IMG/VR virus record: IMGVR_UViG_3300030372_003123
Location: 1-50,972 of that record
Source of the DNA: a virus
Taxonomy: Duplodnaviria; Caudoviricetes
Strand: one strand, 5' to 3'
Length of the DNA stretch: 50,972 nucleotides
A program made the translations under genes and the position numbers. The first letter of the stretch is position 1; each line of letters starts with the position of its first letter. The notes below the pieces were generated by a model. It was not told where the DNA came from. It ran no database searches and worked only from the letters and a program-made list of their open reading frames with translations. Below are positions 35,339-45,000 of the stretch, piece after piece.

Positions 35339-35947
35339 TTATAATTTTAAATCTTTACTATCTAATAATGTATACGTAAAGCTATTACCCCATTTATCTC
35401 TAGCAACTCTACATATATCCATGAATTCATGCCAATCATCATTTGCTGCAATTACTTGACATCCAGCTGACCATTTATCTACCTTAGAAGATTTCTTACC
35501 TCCCCATTTCGTAGCTCGATGTATATTAATTCCAAATAAACCTGTTTGAGTATTATCATCACTTAAATCAAACTTACCGTCTTTATTAGCATCACGGTAT
35601 ACTGTAACGTCTTTACATTGACCTAATGCTTCATACCTACCTTGATGTAATCTAATTTTATGAGAACCAGGATACTGCCCCTCTTTCAAGACGGCCACAC
35701 CTTCCTTTCTCATTATATTCTCCACCCAATATTTTCCGGGGTCAGTAGTACAATCATAACAGTAAAACTCCCATTGTCCACCACACATAAATGATAATGT
35801 AATCTTGTCATCAAATTTATTTGTTACTTCTACTCCAGTGTCAGAGTTTCTAACTCCTACTACATTAATATTATAGTCACCTGTTTCGAACCATTTGTAC
35901 CCCTTAGCTTTTACGCCTTGCTCTATTATTTCTTTTGTTAATTTCAT
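35339..35947 (-). CDS. putative endolysin, L,D-transpeptidase (YkuD)-like catalytic motif
   Basis: GINIH...WSAGCQV His/Cys motif. Confidence 0.6.
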   Translation of the reverse strand: MKLTKEIIEQGVKAKGYKWFETGDYNINVVGVRNSDTGVEVTNKFDDKITLSFMCGGQWEFYCYDCTTDPGKYWVENIMRKEGVAVLKEGQYPGSHKIRLHQGRYEALGQCKDVTVYRDANKDGKFDLSDDNTQTGLFGINIHRATKWGGKKSSKVDKWSAGCQVIAANDDWHEFMDICRVARDKWGNSFTYTLLDSKDLKL

Positions 35948-36282
35948 TATTTAATTATTATTGTTAAACTTGGTGTGCCACCATCTGATGCGTTTTGCGT
36001 TACTATTCTTAAGTGATATAAGCTACTATCAAAAGCTAAACTATCATCAAAAACTAAGCTAGCACCATAAGGAATATCAACATCTTTAAAAAAATAGTAC
36101 TTAACGTTACCAGCGTCTGTGCTAGTAGATGCTGTTTCATCTTCTAAAAATAAACAAACATTATCAGCTTGGTGACCATCAACATTGGCTATACTAATTT
36201 TTCTTATATTGCCACTAACATTACTACCTTTAGTTATTAAAGTAGTTGTCGTTCCTGATGTTATATTTGTATATATTGCCAT
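35947..36282 (-). CDS. putative tail/structural protein
   Basis: Beta-rich 111 aa, next to the fibre gene. Confidence 0.5.
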   Translation of the reverse strand: MAIYTNITSGTTTTLITKGSNVSGNIRKISIANVDGHQADNVCLFLEDETASTSTDAGNVKYYFFKDVDIPYGASLVFDDSLAFDSSLYHLRIVTQNASDGGTPSLTIIIK

Positions 36283-37622
36283 TATAATTTTTCTATTGTT
36301 ATATGCCCACCGTGTAACACATCAAGAGTGTCACCGTTATTCCATTCTATAATTACTGTTTTTGTTCCATTACCTGTTACATCATTTGCTCCAAAATCTA
36401 TAGTAACAGTACCACTACTAAACGTGCCAGCTCCCGCTAAAGCTGATGTGACCCCTCCACTTAAACTACCTTCATAACAAGTAATTTTCCCATCATTATC
36501 AGCATCAGTAGACTTCATTGTGCAGTGAGTTGCCTTATACCCATTAGGTATAACCACCTCGGTATAAGCGTTTACACCCGTACTCTGCATTGTGATACCA
36601 TTAGATAATAAACTATATTGAACCGCATATCTAAAACTAGAACTAGCGAATTGCGTAGGTGATACCGGTATTGAATCATCTTGTATTGTGCCTATATTAC
36701 TACCTCTAAATATACCAGTTGTATCTATAGTATTACTAGTAGCCCCGACTTCTAATTCTATATCTCCAGCTGAATCTAGCGTTATAACGTCTGCAGCGAT
36801 TTCTGCATCACCATCAGCTGTAATCGTTATGTCAGCAGCGTGAGCAGCGGTATCAACTGTTGTTATACTTAAAGCACCATTAGTAGCAGCGGCTATAGTA
36901 GCCGTATCATCAGTTGATGGCGTGAATCGAAGCAACATGTTTGGCCCATCAATTAAAATAGTAGAATCTAATGTAAGCTCTTGCTCAATAGCCGCTGAGT
37001 ATGCCTGCAGTTGACCTGTCGCGGTTATAATTGATGATTGTGTATTGCCTAAGGTTACATCAACTTCGTCTTCAGCATCGCCACTAAATAATTTAACTCC
37101 AGGTTGCAATTCTCCATCATGACTAGCAACACTTAATGTAATTTTACCTTCTTCTGAACCATGATCCGCTTCTGCTATTTCACATAATATTTCGCCATAA
37201 GTTTGTGGGTTATCAGAAGCATCATCGCCTATAAAAATAATTTTTCCAAGATCATCATTATCAGCACCCGTTGCTGTTTTTGCAAAACTAAGATAAGGGG
37301 CTACAGCATCAGAATTGGTATTAATAAGTTGAATACTTGGAGATGTTGATGTCGCGGACGTTAATTTTAAATCATCGCCGTCCCACGTAAATAAAGACTC
37401 TACATCTATCTGTGCAGTTCCACCATAAGTTAATACACCATTAGCCGTACTGCCATTAAAAGATAACTCACCCGCTTCAGTATCAGCTTTTACTATTTTA
37501 TTATTTGAATCTAGGCCAAGGTTACCTCCACTAGCAATCGTGCCAGTAGAAATATCTTCTAGGTATACATCATTACGAAACCTAGATATGTAATCCCATA
37601 TATGTTGACCTATCCATTTCAT
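36282..37622 (-). CDS. putative tail fibre/spike protein
   Basis: G/T/D/A-rich. N-terminal MKWIGQHIWD...SRFR and LGLDSNNKIVK, plus NGVLT motif. Confidence 0.6.
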   Translation of the reverse strand: MKWIGQHIWDYISRFRNDVYLEDISTGTIASGGNLGLDSNNKIVKADTEAGELSFNGSTANGVLTYGGTAQIDVESLFTWDGDDLKLTSATSTSPSIQLINTNSDAVAPYLSFAKTATGADNDDLGKIIFIGDDASDNPQTYGEILCEIAEADHGSEEGKITLSVASHDGELQPGVKLFSGDAEDEVDVTLGNTQSSIITATGQLQAYSAAIEQELTLDSTILIDGPNMLLRFTPSTDDTATIAAATNGALSITTVDTAAHAADITITADGDAEIAADVITLDSAGDIELEVGATSNTIDTTGIFRGSNIGTIQDDSIPVSPTQFASSSFRYAVQYSLLSNGITMQSTGVNAYTEVVIPNGYKATHCTMKSTDADNDGKITCYEGSLSGGVTSALAGAGTFSSGTVTIDFGANDVTGNGTKTVIIEWNNGDTLDVLHGGHITIEKL

Positions 37623-37632
37623 TTAATTATTT

Positions 37633-38013
37633 TTAACATTTCCATCTACGTCTAGCAGCTTTACCTCTTTCTCCAGTCCAACCTTTTGATCTAGCGCAAA
37701 ATGATTTTCTACGTTTAGCAGCTTTACTACCACGTTTTACTTTTCCTGTAACAGCTGTTTTTAATTTACTGCCAGGATTATTTTTTCTATATTTTCTAAC
37801 TCCAGCTGATGTCATACCAGCGCCTTCTTTTACTGTACGAAAGTTTCTATTTTTTCCTTTAGTGGTTTTTCTTAATCTTTTTTCTAATGGAGATTCATCT
37901 TCCATATAAGTATTAGGTGACGTAATGGCCATGGGTGTATTATCATGCATAAACGTTCTACGCCTACCACAAGGTGTTACTTTAAAAGGATTATTTTTTT
38001 GTACGTAAGCCAT
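37633..38013 (-). CDS. basic phage protein (RRKSFCARS...RRWKC, DUF6321-like) with leader
   Basis: MAYVQKNNPFK...ESPLEK followed by a basic conserved domain. Confidence 0.65.
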   Translation of the reverse strand: MAYVQKNNPFKVTPCGRRRTFMHDNTPMAITSPNTYMEDESPLEKRLRKTTKGKNRNFRTVKEGAGMTSAGVRKYRKNNPGSKLKTAVTGKVKRGSKAAKRRKSFCARSKGWTGERGKAARRRWKC

Positions 38014-38432
38014 TATTTATTTTTTGGTAAACTTTTTATTTTACCATTATGTGTTCTAGCATAACGATGCGTAGAAGTTTCTTTACTAGGTATGAGAGTA
38101 CCATGATAAGTTTTACCTCCGTATTTCCAGCTAACATTTGTTCCTGATTTTTTAGCTAAAGGAGTTTCAGGTGCTGCCTCTATTTTAGCTTTTAATTCTT
38201 CAGGTAGTTTATTTTGATTGCCAACCAATGTTTTTGGCATACCTCTTTCAGTTTTACTAGCATGAACAGCTTTACGCTGCGCATCAGAAGCATATTTTTT
38301 CATAGGAGAACCTTTCTCCATTTTATCAATATGATCTTGAACTATTTCAGCTTGTTTACCGTGAGCTTTAACCGCTCCTTTTAATTGTTTTACAACCTCT
38401 TCAAGGTTTTTATATTTCATTTTAAATGCCAT
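38013..38432 (-). CDS. leader-bearing modular protein
   Basis: MAFKMK, GSPMKK, ETPLAKK and a C-terminal SH3-like VSWKYGG segment. Confidence 0.7.
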   Translation of the reverse strand: MAFKMKYKNLEEVVKQLKGAVKAHGKQAEIVQDHIDKMEKGSPMKKYASDAQRKAVHASKTERGMPKTLVGNQNKLPEELKAKIEAAPETPLAKKSGTNVSWKYGGKTYHGTLIPSKETSTHRYARTHNGKIKSLPKNK

Positions 38433-38504
38433 ATTACTTAATTATTTTTATAATCCCTGCTGCCGTAATAACCGCTACAGCTACGCAGACTGGGCAAGGA
38501 CACA

Positions 38505-38678
38505 TTATACTTCGAATCCAAAATTTAGAATCATAAATCTAAGTCTTGAACAGTTTTTTGTAGTACACGTAGCACAAGGACACAGTCTGAATTCAAACAG
38601 TGTCCATGTACCTAAGCGTAAACTCAGTTCATATACTTCTTTTTTATTTCCCGCGTTCCAAGAGTTTATCCAATTCAT
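38505..38678 (-). CDS. small hypothetical protein (57 aa)
   Basis: Manual translation MNWINSWNAGNKKEVYELSLRLG...CPCATC...LNFGFEV. Confidence 0.55.
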   Translation of the reverse strand: MNWINSWNAGNKKEVYELSLRLGTWTLFEFRLCPCATCTTKNCSRLRFMILNFGFEV

Positions 38679-38683
38679 TTTAA

Positions 38684-38959
38684 TTATATTTTAGTTTTAG
38701 AAAATCCCATCTTACTTAGTAACCACATCATAGGTTCTGTTTTAAAAAAACAACAGATAGCAAAATACATTGCACACCATATTTTTCCTCCAAAAAACCC
38801 GAATATCATACCCGTTACCATGTACATAGTAATCATAAAGTATAGCATTCTTAATGAAGTCCATTCTTTCCAATTTTTAAAATTAACCCATTCAAACGTT
38901 AATAATGACTTTAACGTCATTAATCCGTTAAAAATAAATTCTTTAATAGTATTAATCAT
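38684..38959 (-). CDS. small membrane protein
   Basis: Two hydrophobic segments. Confidence 0.6.
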   Translation of the reverse strand: MINTIKEFIFNGLMTLKSLLTFEWVNFKNWKEWTSLRMLYFMITMYMVTGMIFGFFGGKIWCAMYFAICCFFKTEPMMWLLSKMGFSKTKI

Positions 38960-38988
38960 ATATTTTTCTAATTTGGTTATACTATACT

Positions 38989-39016
38989 ATTATCACACAT
39001 TTATTGGTGAGCATAA
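38989..39016 (-). promoter_or_regulatory. putative late promoter (weaker upstream box)
   Basis: TTATG-N14-TGTGATAAT, upstream of the 38959-27967 operon. Confidence 0.45.
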
Positions 39017-42000
39017 CACTTTTTATTTGTATTCTCTGTTTTGTTCTTACATCTCTGTCCGTTAGATTTAGTTGCTGTACACCTATATTCTTTCTTGCCG
39101 TCACCATCAGTATCGCTTCCGTCTACAAACTTTTTATGATGAACACACTTCCAAGATTTAGCAGAAGTTTCAGTTGTTAATTTACATCTTTGACCATTAG
39201 TTCTTGTGCCAGAGCATCTAACTGTTTTAATACCTTTCTTTTTCTTTTCTTCTTCTTCTTTTTTCTTTTGTTCTTCTTTTTCTTTTTTCTTTTGCTCTTT
39301 CTTTTCTTCTCGCTTAATTTCTTTTTCAACTTTCTTTTCTTCTTTAACTTCTTCTCTAGCAGCTTCAACTTCTTCATCTTTTAATCCTAATTCCCATCTA
39401 CTCCAACCTAACATCATAGCTACACGTTTCCACGTTTCATGATTCCCTGTTATAGCTTCTTCTAAGTTATTAGCTTTGTTTAAAAGTCTTTGCGTAGGTA
39501 TATTTGTAGCACCCTCTATTAAAGCCGCCGCGGCTGCTAATTTAGGATTTTCTAATCTAAACTTTAGTTTATCTCTTGTGGCAGTTCTACCAAACTCTTT
39601 CATTTTATAAGCTTGAATTACTTTCCTAACTTTACTACCTATTGGTGGTGATAAATTTAAAGCTTGTTGAGCTATATCCATAACCTCATCTTTTTTAAAA
39701 CCTTCTTTAGCTTTTTGTGACTGTACGTGCCACTCTATAGCTACGTTTTTTAATGTAGACGCCATAGCTCCATATATACCAGTACCTCTTAAAAATGAAT
39801 CTAAAACGCTATTAGCTACTCTAGTTTCTTTTTCTTCTATTATTTCATCTTCTTCATCTCCACTAAACATCATAAACATTAATGCTGATTGTAAACTAGC
39901 AAACACTATATTTTGTACAGCACCATAATATAATATTTTAGATATATTAGTTTTAGTATCACCTCTACGATTAACTAAATCAGATAAAGCCTTCTTAGTT
40001 AATCTACCATATTGCATTGTTACGTTTTGAAACGCTAGTACGATACGACCTAACACGCTAGCTTGTTGCTTAGAAACTAAATCTTCTCTTGACGACTGCT
40101 GTGTTTCTTCTGCTATTTCTTGAAAGTCTAACATTGCTTGCTCATTAGCTTTAGCTTCTGTCATGCCTTGTTTTTTATATTTGTTATATCTGTTTCTATA
40201 AAAACTAGCGCCACCAAAAGCAATAGCTGTACTATCTGCTATTTGTGTAGGTAAAAATCCTTTTTCTAATAAAAAGTTAACTACAGCTTGATATGAATTA
40301 CCATTTTCTTTAAATGACTTAGTTAACTCAGAGGCAGATACATCTGTTTGCAAGCCTCTTCTTCTTTGCTTTAGTTGATCAGAGTTAAATAACATTGTAA
40401 AGTCTTTCCAAAACTGTGGTTGATTAGCAAAAGCTTTTGAAGCTTTAAATATATTATTATCACTAAAGTTTACAAAGTTAACTGAAGATATAGTTTGAAG
40501 CAAAGCAGATCTCATATTAAAAAACATAATAGAACCAACAGCTCCATTAATCCAATTAACCATAAAGTTAGTGTCCCTATCTTTGCTTACAACTCTATTA
40601 CCACCGTTTTCCATACGGTATAATATATTTTCTAAAGCTTCTCTATATCTAGTACCATAAGCTGCTTCTATTTTATTTAAATTTTCAGTTGTAAATATTT
40701 GATCTTTATTATCTATCCATTCATTTAAAAATTGTTTTCTACCAACTTTGTTTACTGTTTCTGATAAATCCCTAGCTATACTACCAACTACCCAATTTTG
40801 TCCAGGTTCTGTATAACCATCTTTTATTTTAGTTATAGTTGATATTGCTTCTGCAAAGTTTTTTAAATCAGGGTTTTTATTTATATGATTAACTAAATCT
40901 GTTTGTAAATTTTTTGATATATTAGGTATTTGTTTGCCAGCTTTGTTCCATAAATAAACTCTTATAGCAGAATCATTAGTAAGGCTAGTTCCTTCTACTT
41001 TATCATTTAATTTTTTAACAACTTTAGAATTTTGTTTTTTAATATTTCTAAAATCATCAGCCATGTTTTGTTTATATGTATTCCATGCTCTAATACCGTT
41101 AGCAAAAGGTTTTAACAAATTATTACTAAAAAATTTCATATCAGCATCACCTTGTTTACCTTTGCCTAAAAAGTAATATAATAAACCTTTAAAATCCTCC
41201 GCTGATGGTGGTATATAAAAATCAAATCTACCTATATTTCTACCACGAGCTCTAGCCTCAGCACCTGAAAATACTTTTTTACTACCTATTTTTTTCTTAC
41301 GCTCAATCATATCGTTTAGCTCTTTACTAGCATTTTTACTAAACTTTATTTTAGCCTGAACTACATCTGATTTAATATCTAATTGATCTAACGCTTGCTT
41401 TACAGCTTCAACATTTTGTATAGCATCATCTACAAAATACATGTCGTTATATCCTTCTGCGAACTTATTTAACATCCAATCTGCTTTAGCATCACCTGTA
41501 CTGTTAGCTAAACCAGTTATGTTGTCTATAGGTATATCTAAACCTTGTGATTTTAAAAACTGTTGTATAGGACCAGCTGAAGCTTGAGGTCTAGCTGTTA
41601 AAACAAATACATCTTTATTTCCAAACTTATCTATTCTTTGTTTTGCCTTATCTAGTAATGGGCCAGGTGTTCCGTCAACAACATCATTAAATTCTGTAAA
41701 ATCAAAATCACCACCTCGTTGTAATATAGACTCTCCTTGTGTGGCAAATTCTTCTGCGTCTAATCTAACTTTTTCATAGCTATTAACAAAGTCATTCATA
41801 TTGCTAACTAAGTTATCAGGCATGGCGTCTTTTTGAGTTAGGTTATCAGTGTTAACTTCCATAAACCTATTACCAAACATTGTTTTAAATTCAGGTTTAT
41901 TTTTCTGTACTGATTTGTGATTACGTTTAACTATAACATCTAATAATGATCTTTCTTTTCTTTTTTTATTACGATCTAATGCCACATCTAATGAAGTATC

Positions 42001-45000
42001 TACAAATAACATACTAACATCGTAACCTTTATTTTTAAACTCGTTAACTAGACTAGTCATTGATTTTACGCTACCGCCAGTGCCGTCTACTACAACACCA
42101 TTACCTTCACCTTGATACTTCATCATTTTACGTTTAGCTATTTTTCTAGACTCAGCACCTAATTTACCTAACGCACTTCTTTGCTCAGGTGTTAAGTCTC
42201 TCATATCAGCAGGTAAACCTGAGTTTTTCTTTAGCCACTCTAACGATATATCAGAATTAACTATTTTAAATCCTGAATCAGATAAACCTAGTTTTTTAAT
42301 TACATTACCTTTACCACTACCAGCGCCACCAGCTAAGAATACAACTTTACGATTTGGCTTTGGCGTACCATCAGGATTAGGTATTGTAGCTCTAATACCT
42401 GATTTAGTTTTAGCTAATGTATCATCAAAATCAAAAACAGATATACCCTTAGCTTCACCCGTTTTGCTATAGTTTATTCTATTATTAAAAGCATCATTTA
42501 TAGTTGCTGCTTTACTATATTTAGCTTTAGCTTTTAAATTAGCTACAGCTTTAGTGTTCATTAATTTATCAAAGAAGTCAGCATCAAACATACTTATTGT
42601 AGAAGGCTCTAAGTACTCTGGTGATATAAGAGCTTCTATTGTCATAGGGTATTTATAACCAGCTGTCTTCTTTTGACCTCTAGGACCTTCTTTGTAACTA
42701 GCTGATTTAATTCTAGCTTTTAAAGGAAAATTACCTTTTAATTTTGGCACGCCCATTTCGCTGTAAATACCATAAGGATCATTTAAATAATATGCTCCAG
42801 CTCCAACAACTTCTATTATATCAGAAGGCATTGATTTTTTACTATAAGCTTCTATAGCATATCCTTCGTCCACTGTTTGAGAAACATCTGCAACTTTACT
42901 TACATGTAAACCACTCACTTCTTTGTGTATAAAATCAGGAGTTTCAGAATTACTACCTTCTAATGGAAGGCCTAGCTTAGCTAATTCAGTAACTAAATTT
43001 TTACCGCCATTTTTTAAAGCGTTTTCAACTGCTTTTAAAGCTTTGTCTTTATATTTACCTTCATATTTAATTTTAAATTTACCGTTTTTAAAATCAATAA
43101 CATTAACTGGTATTTGAGGTAATCTAGCTGCGCCAAATTTAATCTCTGCGTTAAGAGGAAAAATAACATCAGCTCCACCTTTGTCTTTAAAAATAAGCCC
43201 GGCATGAAAATCTGGTATACCGCCTTCAGCAACTTCTCTAGTTAACATCACAAGATTAGCATGCTTTTTCTCAGCCTGCAGTCCAATATTTATAGCGGCT
43301 CTTTCAACCGCTGTTCCTGTGTTTTCTTGTATAATTTTTCTAGGAACTTTTTTTAATACTTTTGCTACAGCGTTTTTACTCTGACGATCACCTAAAATTA
43401 TATCTCCATTTAAAAATTGTTTAAAAACAATATCTTGAACTTGCTCAAGATAATTACCTACTTCAGGTTTTACTTTCCAACCATTATTATATTTTAAACT
43501 ATATATATCTTCTATTTTTTTAGCGTTAGATAATTTATCTACTAAATCCATAGCTTGATCAACTATAATATCTCCGCTTTTAGCTGAAACACCAGTTTTA
43601 CTAAATTTAACAGAAGGATCTCTATCTATTTGTTTAGCTATTATGGCTATATCGTTATCTAATATTTCTCGACCATCTAAATCTAATATGTTTTTTCTTT
43701 TTTCCATTACATCTGGTTGCTGTACTACATCCATTGTAGCATCAAAAGCTAGTTCAACACCTATTTCCATGGCTAGTTTGTCTTTTCTAGTACCAAGAGT
43801 TGAAGCTCCAACTTCGTAACCTAATTCTTGTTGCATATTAGAACCTCTAAAAAATGCCATTACTTTTTCAACGCCTGGGTAAGACTTTTTAGTATGAAGT
43901 TGTGGGCCAGAAGTTCTATTAGTATCTTTAGGTAATAAGCCTTGACTTATTAATTGATCTACTTCTGTAGGTTTAGTTATTCGTTTTGATTTAGTAAATA
44001 TTCTTTGATCTGGCTTTAAAGATCTTTCCATTTGAATTAAAGTCTCAACTGGTAAAGCATTATATACAGCTTCAAAGTTTTCATTTAAAAACGTATCATA
44101 CTTAGCTCTAGAGCCTATCATATCTTGTATAGGTTTTTTAAGCTCTGTTCTAAATCTTTTTTGAAGTTCGTTTCTAAAATTTTTAGAACTAACGTCTGGT
44201 AATCTAGTTCCAAATGTTTTAGTAACAGCTTGACGTACCCTATCTGACATGTCATTATTTAACCCTAGATCTTTTCTTAATTTAGAACTTTGCTCTTGTT
44301 TTACTAAACCTATATTATCTATTAAATCTTGCTCTACAGAAGTATCAGCTTCTAATTGAATTACAGGAGCGCCTTCGGTTGTTGTAGCATCTATATCTAC
44401 AGTTCTTTGTTTTGTTTTGTACTCTCTATTAAATACATTACCAGCTTTATTTGCTATTTGAGAATTAACCCAGCCAAATAAACTATCATTAACTTTAGGA
44501 TTAAAGTTTTTAACATGATTTGTAAGTTCTGAATATACTTTCGTAACAAAGTCTTGAGGTACTCTATCTGCTTTATACTTATTAGCAATTAGCCCATCAA
44601 GCATTTTATTATCTTTCATTTCTTTAATTGCAAAATCAGCCCCTTGTTCTTTCCACGTTTTAGGCGTCCAACCCATTTTACCTAATTCATCTACAGCTGG
44701 TTTAGCATCTTTAGATAATTTTAATTCATCAGACTTTCTTTTTTTAACCCTATCAGCTGCTTTTTTAGCTATATCAGCTCTTGATATTTCTTTTCTTTGT
44801 TTTAAAGTAAGAGTTCCATTTTTTATTTTTTTAGCTAATTGTGTTACAAAGTTTACTGCATCTGTCTCTGATTCAAAATTAAAATCAACATCTGACTTAG
44901 TAGCATCTTTAACACCTTGACCTAACATACCAGCCATCCAACCACCTAAACCTGAGTTTTCTTCTTTTTTAAAATCTATTTCACCACTAGAAACCATTTC

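Noticed and set aside
39230-39380. Low-complexity TTC/TTT repeats
   Set aside because: They simply encode the K/E-rich coiled coil near the giant protein's C-terminus.
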